Source: Octopus vulgaris
Lineage: Eukaryota
Reading direction: 5' to 3'
Assembly: GCA_951406725.2 (NCBI GenBank)
Contig: OX597823.1
Location: 3,782,001 to 3,846,000 of the forward strand
Length of the DNA stretch: 64,000 nt
Position numbers and translations under genes: made by a program. Within the stretch, counting starts at the first letter, position 1. Each line of letters starts with the position of its first letter. A model generated the notes under the pieces. The model worked only from the letters and a program-made list of their open reading frames with translations, was not told where the DNA came from and made no database searches. Shown here in pieces: positions 1 through 13,420 of this stretch.

Positions 1-255
1 AGGAGGGAAGAAAGAAAGGAGATACAGAAGGAAGATAGGAAGGAAAGGGGGAAAGGTAAACATATAAGAGAAGATGAAGAGACAGAAAAACAAGAGGCAG
101 TATGAAGGTAATATGTATGTATGTATGTATGTATGTACGTACGTATTATATGCATGTATCACACACACACATATATACATACATACGTGTGTGTTTGTGT
201 GTATATACGCAGACATATATAATGATATAAATGTGAGAAAGAATACTGACAGGTT

Positions 256-258
<3 letters not shown>

Positions 259-324
<66 letters not shown>

Positions 325-345
325 ACACACACACAGACAGACAGA
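259..345. repeat. (AG)n/(AC)n compound microsatellite
   Basis: About 30 AG units followed by AC and ACAG units. Confidence 0.95.
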
Positions 346-819
346 CAGAAAGGAGGAGGAGGAGGAGGCTTCCAGTTTAGGTTATAAGGTCAGAAATTGT
401 TATAGTGAATTTCTTTGCTTACATTGACCCCTCAGTGGTTTTCTTTTATTGGGTCCTTACATCCAAAGATGTTTAAGACAATTCAAAGACAGAATACAAA
501 AAGTGGGGCTTATATCACATAAAAATGTATTCAACAAAACGAAGGATAAGATAATAAAGATATCAACAAGAATAATTCCCCAAAAGAAGATTTGGGAGAA
601 ACCCAGCACAATGGTCCAGACGACTATGTCCCATCTAAGGCCTCAAGAGTATCTTCTCCTACTTTTTTTTTTACTTAGAAAAGTAAACTCAGAGTAGACC
701 TATTCAGCTTCACCATCACGGGTGATGGGAGAGATTCAGTATATCTAGAGCTAAGATCTGGGTCAGGGTTTACAATATCCAAGAAGATTTCAAGAACAAA
801 ATATAACTATAATAAAAAA

Positions 820-1198
820 TGTGGTATACGCATGGTTGCATGGGTAAGAGGATTGCTTCCTAATTATGTGGCCATGGGTTCAGTCCCACTGCATGGCACC
901 TTGGGCAAGTATCTTCTATTATAGACCCAGGCTGATCAAACCATGTAAGAATATTTAGTAGAGGAAAACTGAAAGAAGACTGTCATGTTTGTGCTTGCCC
1001 CATCACCACCACCACCACCACGTGACAACTGCTGTTGGTTTATTTACATCTTCATAACTTGGTGGTTCAGCAAATGAGAGCAACAGAATAAGTACCAGGC
1101 TTAGAAAAATAAGTACTGGGCTTGATTTGTTTGACTAAACCTTTCAAGGTGATGCCCCAGCATGGCCATAGCCCAATGACTGAAACAAATAAAAGGTA
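820..1198 (+). mobile_element. tRNA-derived SINE, family A (CORE-like ACCTTGGGCAAGT segment), diverged
   Basis: tRNA-like head with B-box GGGTTCAGTCCC, then GGCACCTTGGGCAAGT, and 3' part ending CAGCATGGCC...GACTGAAACAAATAAAAG; matches many other copies in the window. Confidence 0.85.
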
Positions 1199-1216
1199 AA
1201 CAAACAGGTAATTATG

Positions 1217-2489
1217 ATGCTCAGCTGAAAAGTTCATAGGCTGACCAAACTACTGTCGTGGAGTGTGACCGAATGAGGTTCATTTTTCAACATAACCTCC
1301 TCCCTTGCAGTTCACACACTTCTTCCATTAATGTTGCAGTGCTTGGATCCCATTGGTGAAGAAGCTTTCACCTTGTTTTGTCAAAAAAGTCATCAACAGC
1401 AGATATGACGTCATCGTCAGCACACCAATGGTTCCCAGCCAAGTGTTTTTGTCATGCTGGGGAATATGATAGACAAATCAGGAGAATAGGTGGGGGGTGA
1501 TGGACAGCATCATCGATTGAAACCAAGGACTTGTGTGCTGGAGCATTGTCCTGATGAAATAACACTGTTCTTATCAACTTTCCTGGGCTTCTGGTCTCGA
1601 TAGCCTTTTCTAACTGTTTCAGCAAGATGGTATGATTCTCTTCATTGATGGTATGGCCCCTTTTGAAGATAGTCAATAAACACAATGCTTTTTGCACCCC
1701 CAAATAACTGAAGCTATCACCTTCCCTGTTGATAAAACGACATTGGCCTTCTTGGGCAGGTGAGGAAGGGAGTTTTCACTGTACGGAATGTCTCTTTGTC
1801 TCTCACTCAAAGGGATGAACCCAACACTCATCTTGGCTGAGGAAACTTTCAAGGAAATCAGCTGGATCTACCTCAAACAACGTCAGATTTTCTTATCATG
1901 TGGCATTTCTTGTGCGCTTTTGCTCAAGTATCAGAAGACATGGCACCCACCAAGCAGAAACCTTTGTTGTGTCAAGTTCATTGTATAGAATATTCTCAAA
2001 TTTCTCACGGGACATGCTAATAGCATTGGCTATTTGATTCATAGTCTCAATTGCCTGTCAACCATCAGCATGTGGTGAATACAATCAATTTTTTCCTCAG
2101 TGGTCACAGTTGCAGGACGTCCAGACCTTGGGTCATCTTGAAGTCTCTACCTTACCCTCCTAAATCCTGTTGCCCACTTTTGCACTGTTGATAAAACTGG
2201 AGTGTCATTCTCTAATGTAGCAACCATATCAACATCAACGTTTGGGGATGGTGGGGAAGCCTTTTTTCTGCAGGAACTTCATAACACTACAATGCCAAGT
2301 TTTGCCCATTTTGAAGAGAAGTCGCTACTAGTTACGTTTGAAGTCTTCTTTAAACAGTCAGGTGTCAGTTTACCAGGTAAGAAATAATACAGTTATTAAT
2401 AAGAAGGGTTGACGTTAATGCATGCAAGATTTCACAGTTCTAGCATCACTTCTTCATAGTCAACCCTCCATAGTCAGCCTACCCTCGTG
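1217..2489 (-). mobile_element. Degenerate mariner transposon
   Basis: ORF 1452-1703 (RGHTIN...VLFHQDNAPAHKS...HPP) is a mariner DD34D catalytic-domain fragment; TIR-like GCTGAAAAGTTCATAGGCTGACC at left and GTCAGCCTACCCTCGT at right; many stops and frameshifts. Confidence 0.85.
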
Positions 2490-2618
2490 AGTGTGTATGC
2501 ATACATACACACACACACATATATGTTATATGGATGATAATATTTTCAGCTGAGACTTTACAACCATATCTGTTCAAGTGCTTCAATTCTGTGTATGTAC
2601 ATATATCTACTGGCTTAC

Positions 2619-2934
2619 TGACATTTATCAATAGTTTCTCCCATTGTTTTGATGCGCCATTTTCTATCATCAATAGAACTGTCTGCATTTTTAACAACAC
2701 GGGTATGCTAGTAATAATAATAATAATAATAAAATCAAACACACACACGCACACCCACCCACACACCACACATTCATGAAGTCTGATGGTAGGTGGAGTA
2801 GCAACATAATCACTGACGTTCTTTTTCCTCTCCCTACCCATGGAGCCGTTTTTTAGACTCTTTTACCGAAATAGTTTCCTGTTGCGAAGGTCAGATGCTA
2901 GAATTAACCTTTTTTGTTATTGCCTTTGCTATGC

Positions 2935-2975
<41 letters not shown>

Positions 2976-3096
2976 TTGTGAACTTCGTCAGGATTTCCCC
3001 CAACATCATCCAGCTCCAGATCCCTCTCTTTCTCCACCGCCACTCCTTCCTTTTACTTTTATTTCCCGATTTCCTCCTATTTTTCATTCTGGCATG

Positions 3097-3147
<51 letters not shown>

Positions 3148-3500
3148 TGTAAAACGTATTTCGTAATGGAAGAAATCAGCTTAACAATAGATATACGAAA
3201 AAAAAAAAAAAAAAAAAAATCGGGCAACCACCTCCACCACTGGCATCGTCAATTCAACTTAAATCTTGTTCTTACTCCTCCTCCTACTACTACTACTGTC
3301 ATTGCCCACCCCTCATCATTTCTAAGTAATACAACAACAACAACAACAGCCACGATAATGTTCTACTACAAATGTTACTTTAATACAGCTGTTGCTGCTT
3401 CTAATAGTATTGTTAACCGACAATCGACTTCGTCTTTCTGCTCCCCCACCCCCCGCCGCCCCATGGCGGCCCATTATCGCCGCCATTTCTCTTCTCTATT
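2619..3500 (-). other. Putative first exon (microsatellite-rich 5' UTR) of an unidentified minus-strand gene
   Basis: Downstream of the promoter-motif cluster, begins near AAATGGCGGCG, contains no recognisable TE, ends at candidate donor CA|GTAAGC (2619/2618). No recognisable protein. Confidence 0.3.
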
Positions 3501-3710
3501 GAATCAGTTGACACCAATAGCTGAACAATTACCTTCGCAAACTTCCGGTTATCTCAATATAATTCAGTCTAGAGAACCGGAAACTGTTTAGCTACGAACA
3601 AATTATGTGAACTACAATGAACTTAACTGTGCAAGGACTTGTCTGTCGGAGATTCCAGTCACATCGATTGCTTATGTTTAATATTGATAATAGCAGTTTA
3701 CCAATCAGTC
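3478..3710. promoter_or_regulatory. Candidate housekeeping-type promoter
   Basis: YY1-like CGCCATTT (3481), ETS ACTTCCGG (3541) and ACCGGAAA (~3576), ACTACAA (ZNF143/THAP11-type, ~3611) and NF-Y ACCAATCAG (3700) within ~230 bp of non-repetitive, CpG-retaining DNA. Confidence 0.5.
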
Positions 3711-3968
3711 GCTTATTAGCCTGGGTAAATTTGGGGAAGTACACCCACAAGCGTTTCACTAAATAAAAAATAAACCTCGGATTTTTTGTGTGGAATCAGG
3801 TACCCTGACCTCCTATGTGCCGCAAATACCTTATATTTGTTTGACAAAAAAAAAAAAAAAGGTGGGTGGGAAACCAGACCCTCTCCCCCGCAACCCGGAA
3901 TCACTGGAATTTTTGTTTTTCGTTGAATGAATTACGGTGACCGCCTTATGTGCCACAAAACATTTTTG

Positions 3969-4358
3969 GGATCTTTTCGGTTTGAACGGCAGTTTTTAAC
4001 ATAATTTCTAGGTAACTGATAGAATGTGTTTGTAAAACATCTTTTTCTCTTGGCTTTATTGAGAAAATTCTATAGTTTGTAAGATATTTGTTGTTTTTTT
4101 TCAATTTCTGCAATTTCAACCAATCACTGACGTCTATTGAGGTAAAAAAAACATTCTGTGCCGTATGAATATGTCCCTCGTTTAAGAAACAGATTGGGTT
4201 TATTTACATTTGTGAAGAAAAAATATACCCTTCCCCCACCCCTAACCCTAATCCTAAAACAGATTGAAATGCAATAGATTGATACAAGGGTTATAATTAT
4301 GGGTGACAATTTCATATGACACCGCTAGAAAAAACTGCCGTTCAAACCGAAAAGATCC
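3969..4358. mobile_element. MITE with 28-bp TIRs and 8-bp TSD (Merlin-like)
   Basis: TIR GGATCTTTTCGGTTTGAACGGCAGTTTT perfect at both ends; TSD CATTTTTG at 3961-3968 and 4359-4366; internal CCTAACCCTAATCCTAA. Confidence 0.9.
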
Positions 4359-4974
4359 CATTTTTGTCCACAAAACGTTGGCGGGGGGGGGGGGAGACTT
4401 CCCAAAATTTGTGCACTACCCAAAATTTAATCATTGCCTGTACCAATCAAATACTGGAGCCGATAGTATGGACTAACCTCTTCAAATTAAAATAGCAGGT
4501 CTTGTGCCTAAATCAGAAACGGTATAAGTGTATATAATTTTCACGTGTATATAAGTTTCAACCAAACGGAAATGATCCAGGATAAGGACGCTTAATGTGT
4601 GAGCGTGTGGCTGAGTAACTTTATTTTTATTTTCTCTGTTTTAGTGAGGAAAAACAAAACAGATACAAAGTGACCGTAATCATTCTACGTCATCCAAGAC
4701 AGGAGAAATTGAAATAGTTCGTGGTTGAACTTCAAAAAAAGAAATAATAATAATAATAATAATAATATGTCCTAAAGAAATGGCTTGTCTTTCAAAAGAT
4801 TTTTGCTTCCATCTGACATCATGAAGATGGACAAAATTACCAAACAGCGATTCTTATATATTGTTGCAGCAGCTGCTTTTATTAAAGGCAATTCTGATGA
4901 AGCTGTTGTTATTCTAGGAAATTCCCCTTGCCTCGTAGCTCTTCTTCTAAACAGCTACGTGAGATCGATACAAG

Positions 4975-5130
4975 CGAGAGCAGAGTGGTAGATAGTAGTT
5001 TTTCCTCATTAGTTAAGTCTGCTTTCGTTCTGAGTTCAAATGCTACCGAGGTCAACTTCGTGTTTCATCTCTTCGATATCGGTAAAACATAGTACCAGTC
5101 ACGTACTGGGGTCAGTATAATCGACTAATT
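4975..5130 (+). mobile_element. SINE family B (Meta-domain-like), diverged
   Basis: GTTCTGAGTTCAAAT...GAGGTCAACTT...GTACCAGT...TACTGGGGTC matches the family B copies at 40.9-42.4 kb. Confidence 0.75.
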
Positions 5131-7571
5131 TCTTATTAACAGATTTTATTTATAAATTACTTAAGTGGTTAGTTAATTGATTAACAAATCGACTAATGAT
5201 GGTTTCTGATTTAGGCCAGCAGGTTTTGAGAGGAGGGCACAAGTCGATATCGAGGACCCAACTACTTTACTGTTACTTATTTTGTTGACACCAAAGAGAT
5301 GAAAGGCACGCCAGCAATAGCAACATCAACAATACAGTGATTGATAAATATCTGTAACGTTTGTTCTTATCTAGACTGGCCACAAATAAACTTCAAATAT
5401 TGTCACTAGTAACTTCTTTGAGACAGAAGTTTCATGTTGAGGGGATGTTCGAACATGCAAGATGACTATCAACAGGACAAGCAATGTATGATTGTAGTTC
5501 ATTAATTTTAATCGTCTCTGCTTAGTGTGTTTATAATTCATTCATTTTTGCTGGACAAAGCATTAGCAAACGTCAGCAAATATCCCTTGCCTTGCTTTTG
5601 ACCCTCAATTCATAAATGAAATCATAGGCTCACCATCGTGAGCATTTTAGATTTGGGAGAGTTCATACTTCTACAAATATGACACAGCAAATTTCTTCCA
5701 GAAGAAGACATAGACAAAGAGAAGAATCAACAATAACTGGTACTTTATTTATCGATCATGAAACGATGGGTTGGACGGTTTGACTGGATCCGATGGGTAC
5801 AAAGACTGCGTTGTCTGCTTTGACAATTTCTACACCTGATGCACTTCCTAACGCCAACCATTTTACGTGTACGAGGTGCTTTCCTTTCATATCACCAGCA
5901 TTAATGGAGTTGTCATAGAACTTGCAAAAAATGAGCCCTGAGGCGGAGAATGGACTTTATGTTGGTAGTTGAGGGTTTAAAGTATGAGAGAAGGGGCCAA
6001 GTCAAACCGGCTCTTTCTCTATTGGTAAGAAATCTTGAAATAAAACTGAACAATGACATACATGCATGCATACATACATACACATACTCTTGTACACTTG
6101 AACATGGAAAGACGTTTGCTACGTTTAGTGTGTCAGAGAAGATATTCTTCTTATGAACCGTGTGTGTGAAACGTATTGAGCTGACCTCTTAATAACATCC
6201 TTAGATTGTCAGGCATGTATTTCAGTGTCGATTGCGCTTCGTCAGTTTCAAACTGAAGTGGCTTCAGTCGTTCACAGCCCAGTCGGAACTCTTGTTCCTG
6301 TATGTATACAGCAAAAAGTACATTTGCTGAAAGGACGGCCAATTGGCAGAGTGTTTAGAGTGTCGGATAGATTGCTTTGTGGTCAAAGTCCGAGCTGTTT
6401 ACATTCTGAATTCAAATCCCACCGAGGTCAGCATTGCTTTTCATCGTTTCGAACATCAGATGATGATAATGATGATTATCTAAATCTTATCTTGTATATG
6501 TGCGTGTGTATGAAACACACACATATATATATATAATTATAAGGTATGAAAGGTATTGGTGTCAGGAAGGCCCAAAAGGTATCGGGTAAATGCTATGGAT
6601 AGAGCATGGTTAAGCTTCAGGCTCGATAATGATACGAGTGAGGAGTCCGACGTGGGTCATGTATAATTATACTAAGGGAACGGGGCGAAACAACCTATAT
6701 CCTTCATGCTTGAAATAAATGCTAAGGCTCTAAGAAACCACTGAATAACTCCAAAGACACAAGTTGTAGTCGAGCAAGTGAAAAAATACTAAAATAAAGA
6801 GTTCACGGTAATTGTGAATTGGATCCAATTTTTGGATTAAAGCCACAAAAAAGACTTTTTTTCCTTCGTCAACACAATACACGGGAATATATATACATAC
6901 AAATAATTCTACATACCTGCACAAAGCAGATTCGCACGTCTACGTACAGATATTTGCACGTATAGACCAAAAATAAGTAAGATATTTTTTCACCACAAAA
7001 TAGCTCCGCAGGAAATGCGATTTTGATCAGGAGTGTGTGTGTGTGTGTTGAAGGAGAGCGTATGTGCATATATGTCTGTCTGTTGGGAAGCTCCCGACAT
7101 TGTATGTTATTGCATTAAAAAAAATATATACACACAAAATTACACGTTAAATGTAGAACGTCTGCTAGTTGAATCAAGTTGCCATTTATGTGATAACGTT
7201 TACGTGTTTATGTGTGTTCTCGGGAGAAGGATTCAAAGATTCCTGTATCTATAACTGGAGAAATAAATATTTTATTTCATTAGAAGGGGAGCAGATGATT
7301 CTCCCTGTCTGAATAATGGATGTAAACCTCTTGCGTAGTTATAGTATTTTGAGTGGGTATAATATTCCTACAAATTTCGTTTCATCACGCTATTTCTTTC
7401 ACATTATGTAATCTTGCTAACAGGGTGTGGTGATCTTGTCGGCGTTTATAAAGCTGTAGAATATTTTATTAGTTACTCAGATAATTTGTCTTTAAAGACA
7501 ACCGACTTCGATAAGCCATTGAGAAAGAAAAAAATCTTTCGGAGTAGTTTTAGATAGAACTGAGCTGTTTT

Positions 7572-7975
7572 ACTCTCTCTTTTTACTCTTTTACTTGTTT
7601 CAGTCATTTGACTGCGGTCATGCTGGAGCACACCTTTTAGTCGAGCAAATCGACCCCAGGACTTACACTTTGTAAGAATTCTATCGGTGTCTTGGGCCGA
7701 ACCGCTAAGTTACGGGGACGTAAACACACCAGCATCGGTTGTCAAGCGATATTGGGGGAACAAACACAGACATACAAACATATACACACATACATATATA
7801 TAAACATATATACGACAGGCTTCTTTCAGTTTCCGTCAACCAAAACTACTCACAAAGCTTTGGTTGGCCCGAGGATATAGTAGAAGACACTTGCCCAAAG
7901 TGCCACGCAGTGGGACTGAACCCGGAACCATGTGATTGGTAAGCAAGCTACTTACTACACAGCCACTCCTACGCC
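7572..7975 (-). mobile_element. SINE family A, full length
   Basis: Head (reverse complement GGCGTAGGAGTGGCTGTGT), internal CA/TA microsatellite, 3' part and GTAAAAGA-type tail all present. Confidence 0.92.
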
Positions 7976-8389
7976 TATTTTACCGAATAACTTTTTAAAT
8001 TCTTTTGTTCTTTTATTCTTTTACTTGTTCCAGTTATCTGCGCCCGTGCTGGGACACAGAGTTGAAGGGCTTAGTCAGACAAATCGACCCCAGCACTTAC
8101 TCTTTTAAAGTCTGCTACTTGTTTTATTAGTCTTTTTTTGCCAAACCGCTAAGTTACGGGGATGCAAAGAAACCAACAACGGTTGTCAAGCAGGAGAGAA
8201 GAAACAGACACAAAGACGCGCATGCGCACGCACGCACACAAATATAAAGGGTCGAGTTGTTTGATTAAAACTCTTCAAGGCCGTACTCCAGCTTGGCCGC
8301 AGTCAAATGACTGAAACATGTAAAAGAGAAACATGTTATATATCTTACACACACACACACACACATTCACACGACGGTTTTCCATTCAG

Positions 8390-8860
8390 GGATCTTTTTC
8401 CGTTGCTGTCACAGATTTTGAAATTTTAAACTTAAGAGAAAATTTTCGAATTCGGTCCATTGATGTAATTTTTCACACTTAATCGGATTTTGTGGTTCGT
8501 TTATCCCAGATAATAGTTTAGAAAATTGTTGACAGAATCGTTTGCACGCCGGGCGAAATGTTTAGCGGTATTTCATCCGTCTTCACGTTCTGAGTTCAAA
8601 TACCGCCCAGGTCCACTTTAGGGTCCATCCTTTTCGGGGTCGATAAATCATGTACCAGTTGAGTACTAGGGTCGATTTAATCGACTTACCCCGTCCTCCG
8701 AAATTGCTACCCTTATGCCAAAATTTGAAACCAATTTATGACAAAAATGTAATTTCATTTTAATAATTAGCATACAAAACTAAATCGGTACACCAACTTT
8801 GAAATCAAGTGGAACAAAACTAGAAGAAATAGAAAATTGTGACAACTACAGAAAAGATCC
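8390..8860. mobile_element. GGATCTTTT-terminated MITE inside a family A SINE, itself containing a family B SINE (~8531-8735)
   Basis: Left end GGATCTTTTTCCGTTGCTGTCACA; right end reverse complement GGATCTTTTCTGTAGTTGTCACA; flanks CCATTCAG/CTATACTG (5/8); host SINE resumes at TTTCCGCCAACCAAATTCACTC. Confidence 0.7.
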
Positions 8861-9410
8861 CTATACTGTTTCCGCCAACCAAATTCACTCAAAAGACGGT
8901 TCGAGGCTATAGTAGAAGACATTTGTCCAAGATGTAACGCAAGTGAAACTGAACTCAAAACAACTCGGTTGAAAAGCGAACTTCGTAATTACACAATCAT
9001 GCTTGTGCATTCATTCGGTTTTATTCGCTTTATTTCTGGCAAGAGAGAAGGAATCTGTCCAGTGGTTCTGTCAAAGAAATGAAAGATTATAATATAATAT
9101 TATTCTTCCAGTGACAGATACTGGAAAACCCTCCCTTGAGTACACACACAAACAAACATTCTCTTATAAAATATTAACGTAGGCCAATATACAGAAGTTA
9201 GATTTGTTGGAGAAAAATACAAAAGATTAAAACAAAACAAAAAAAAACAGAGAAAAGATACGCGTTTATAACACGAATAAAAAGATAAGGTTAAGAAAAT
9301 GGGAGTAATTTATGTGGAAGTCATATTACTTTAACAGTAATGGGAGTACACGTTAGCTAAGTTTATCAGTTGTAGTTATATTATTTGTTGTTTTTTTTCC
9401 CCTGATAAAT

Positions 9411-9663
9411 GGAAGAAGAAGAAGAAGAAGAAGAAGAAGAAGAAGAAGAAGAAGAAGAAGAAGAAGAAGAAGAAGAAGAAGAAGAAAAGAAGAAGAAGAA
9501 GAAGAAGAAGAAGAAGGAGGAGGAGGAGGAGGAGGAGGAGGAAGAAGAAGAAGAAGAAGAAGAAGAAGGAGGAGGAGGAGGAGGAGGAGGAGGAGGAGGA
9601 GGAAGAAGAAGAAGAAGAAGAAGAAGAAGAAGAAGAAGAAGAAGAAGAAGGACGAGGAGGAAG
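9411..9663. repeat. (GAA)n/(GGA)n compound polypurine tract
   Basis: About 250 bp of alternating GAA and GGA blocks. Confidence 0.97.
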
Positions 9664-9720
9664 ATTGGTAAATAGATGGGTGGATGGATAGATAGAGTGT
9701 GCGTATAATATATACATATA

Positions 9721-9885
9721 GGCGCAGGTATGGCTGTGTGGTGAGAAGCTTGCTTCCTAACCACACTGTTCTGGGTTCAGTACCACTGCGTGGTACCTTG
9801 GGCAAGTGTTTTCTATTTTGGCCTCGGGTCGACCAAAGCCTTGTGAGTGGATTTGGTAGACGAAAACTGAAAGAAGCCCGTCGTG
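9721..9885 (+). mobile_element. SINE family A, 5' half
   Basis: GGCGCAGGTATGGCTGTGTGG...GGGTTCAGTACCACTGCGTGGTACCTTGGGCAAGT...GAAAGAAGCCCGTCG. Confidence 0.9.
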
Positions 9886-9916
<31 letters not shown>

Positions 9917-9930
9917 CCATCCATCCATCC

Positions 9931-9961
<31 letters not shown>

Positions 9962-10058
9962 CGTTTTTGGATTTGGTTTGCAAGATTCTTTATATGAGTT
10001 CGTGAGTTGTAGCATATTCTGTTGTGTCTGGGGAGAGTCATTCTCTTTTAGTGCCTTA

Positions 10059-10442
10059 CTAGCAGTATCGCCCGGCGTTGCTCGGGTTTGTAAGGGAAAT
10101 AACTATAAAGCATTTTTAGAGAGTTATAGCCAAAAAATAGCAAAAAAATGGAAAAAAAAAGATGGTAAATTTTTTTTGAGAGTTAAAAAGGTCGAGTTGC
10201 GTCCCCTAGACAGTCTGTGGTTTGTGTTTCTGATTCTCGACCCCATGTCGAATTTATCGATTTTTTTCAGAATTGGGGGAACTTTTCAAAATTTTCGCTG
10301 CGTTAGTTTTGAATTATGACATTGGGCTATGTGTGTGTCAAGTTTCATCAGAATCGGTTGAAAGCCGTGGTCAGGGTGAGGGTACAACCTAACAGACACG
10401 CAGAAACACACACAGACAAACTGCCGTTTATATATAGAGAGA
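10059..10442 (-). mobile_element. Non-autonomous Helitron
   Basis: Minus strand starts TC(TCTCTATATATAAA), ends with hairpin ACCCGAGCAACGCCGGGC then CTAG; inserted between A and T with no TSD. Confidence 0.85.
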
Positions 10443-10593
10443 TTATTTAACACACTCACCGGTAAAATTTCCACTTATTTCTTATTTTTATTTTCCTAAA
10501 ATTTTCGTTGCGTCTTGCAAACCTTTTCAATAGTTTTGACTCTGTCCGTTATTTACACTGCGTTCCTTTTTGTTTGTGCGCATGTGTGTGGGT

Positions 10594-10631
<38 letters not shown>

Positions 10632-11124
10632 CTATACATGCATGCATGTACGTATGTGTGTGTGTGGTTGGTAAGCAAGCTACTTATCATACAGCCACTC
10701 CTGCGCCTCTATCTATCTATCTGCCTGCCTGCCTGTCTGTCTGTCTATCTCTGTATCTATATATATCGCCAACTTTGGTTTCAGTATATATTTTAATTCA
10801 TGATCACATATCCATCACTGTACATATTTCATCTCACTACTTTAGCTTATGGGTTTTTGTATGTTTATCCCACCCCAAAATGGAGCAATTACCTTCCCCT
10901 GTCCCGAATAATAACCATCACCAATTACCTCCCATTTGATTTTTCTACTTGTTGATTCATTTACAAACTTTCATACAAGAATATAGACTAAAATCTTAAG
11001 AAAATACAAAATTACAATAATTTCAATGTCATGATTAGCAAAAGCGAAACCGGTCGACAGCCACAATACTCTTTCATTTAAAATATATTAAAACTATGTA
11101 AACTGTGCATTTTCCTTCTTTTCT

Positions 11125-11180
<56 letters not shown>

Positions 11181-11307
11181 CATTACAACTCACCGGCTGT
11201 AAGGATAATAATTTCATATTATATTGATTCGAATATGTTTGAATAAACTCATGTCTATACGTCAATTTCTCTATTTTCTGGGGGTTTTTTTCTCATTTAT
11301 ATATATA

Positions 11308-11540
11308 CTAGTATTATAAACTCGATTTCATTCTGGTCTACTCGGACCACATTTTAAAGATGATGAATTTTGCCCTAGAGGCCACGCCTTTTAATTGAAA
11401 AAACTCAAAGTTGCCATGCAAGCTCCCCGGCACTTTTAACATAGGTGTGCAAAGTTTCAGGTCAATCCGACCACATTTACTAACACTTTTGCCGGCACAA
11501 CTGCTTGCGAGACAACGTCTGCCCTTTTCACAAATATAAT
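11308..11540 (-). mobile_element. Possible degenerate non-autonomous Helitron
   Basis: ACTAGT terminus; AAAGTTTCAGGTCAATCCG resembles AAGTTTCATCAGAATCGG in the 10-kb Helitron; hairpin decayed. Confidence 0.4.
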
Positions 11541-11607
11541 ACTATACTTGTTCCACGTCCTCGCGTTGTTGTTTTTTCTCTTTGTGTTTTCATATTTGGA
11601 TTAACTT

Positions 11608-11684
<77 letters not shown>

Positions 11685-11936
11685 GGTATCTGTGGGCGTG
11701 TGTATGTTGGTTATACTTGCACTACTCATTTATTTAATTTCTTCTTCAGATTCAGATAAAACTGAATACCAGTAATATACTGTTTTCGATCCAAGTCATT
11801 CTATGCATTGGTCTCGAAAATTGGCATCGCGTTTAATCAAACGGGATCCATTACATGAGCACAACATCAACAACGCGCAAACAGACATAAGCACAAATTC
11901 GTAAATGATGTATGAAGAGTCGCGTGTACTAGAGAT

Positions 11937-11989
<53 letters not shown>

Positions 11990-12684
11990 CATGAGTACAT
12001 AATTGTATATACAGATGCGTGCATTCAAGCGTTAACACCTAATGAAATCACGGGTAAAGATTTATACAAACGTAAATATTTACACATGCGTAAATATGAA
12101 AATGCAACGTAAATGCCTTCATGAATACATACGTATATACACACTCATATAAACACACATTACGGATGTACGCACGATCCTCCACACGTACGCATATATA
12201 CTAGACTGTATACCGTCTCGTTCTCCGTTCAGATATACACAGCTTTAAAATAACAACACACACACACACAACTAATCTTAGGTCAAAGGTTCACAAACGT
12301 ACACACTACTTCATGCGTACACTTACACTTCAAAGAACAGTCGCGTACATGCATCACTCCCCCCCTCACTGCATACACGATTCACACGCATAACATACGC
12401 TACATGTTACTACATTTCACATGCACACACACACTCTCGTCTGCTTCTCTTGTCGTTCAAACACACAGACAACTGTACATACGCAACTCGTTATGTCGCC
12501 TATTCCCCACCACGTACACTTTAAAACTTCTCGGAGTCACATATACACAATTACACCACTTACACGTATACACATTGCTCTTTCGGTTGCGTCTCCGATC
12601 TAGTCAGTTCTTTTGAGTGACCTCTCCAAAAAAGGAAAAACCATCTTCATATTTCTCCCACCTCTCTGCTTGCGTATTTAACAA

Positions 12685-12705
12685 TCTATATATATAAAAC
12701 TGAGA

Positions 12706-12740
<35 letters not shown>

Positions 12741-12925
12741 TGTCCCTAAAACTTGAGAACTACACAATCAATTTCAAATTTTACACATGCCTTACTTGGG
12801 GTCCATGTAGTGTCATGGGCAAAAAAATCTTTAACTTCTTGCCTAGGGCGAACCCACAGCAATATCATATATTCTCCACTATTTCAGTATTACATGTTAA
12901 AAGTGAAACAAAAACACCTCTCTAT
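12685..12925 (+). mobile_element. Helitron-like 5' fragment
   Basis: A|TCTATATATATAAAA start followed by a (TG)n/GTCT tract; no 3' CTAG found. Confidence 0.45.
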
Positions 12926-13341
12926 TGTATGTATATGGATGTGTGTATATATATATAACTAAAAATGAGGGTGTATGAGAGACACCACCATGCCGAAATA
13001 GCGGTCAAATCCCTGACTCTAAAAACCACGTTAAATGTTCATATTGCACAATGAGATAAGACTGAGGGACAAAATAGACTAGCAAAAAATATTACTGAAT
13101 AATTCAAGATCCAGGATTTCTAGTTTTGCTTTAAATAAGCTTTGCCGTCATCGGTTGAATATATCAAAGCATATAAATACAGAACGTCCATACATACATA
13201 TACGAACGTCCATACATACATATATATGCACGTATGTACAAGGCCAGTTAAATTGCCCGCCAAACACCTCATAAGCACGATATGGTCAAAATAAACACCG
13301 CAGTGAATATAGTGACGAATTATATAATTACATAATTCGTC

Positions 13342-13389
<48 letters not shown>

Positions 13390-13420
13390 CATATATATGT
13401 ATGTATATACATATATATAT

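Noticed and set aside
3166-3591. 141-aa plus-strand ORF over the promoter-like region
   Set aside because: Low complexity from A, CTA and CAA runs; no domain; motif orientation favours minus-strand transcription.
9353-10319. Long ORFs with poly-E/S/L/F/P runs, and the many YIYI/CVCV/HTHT ORFs across the window
   Set aside because: Translations of microsatellites.
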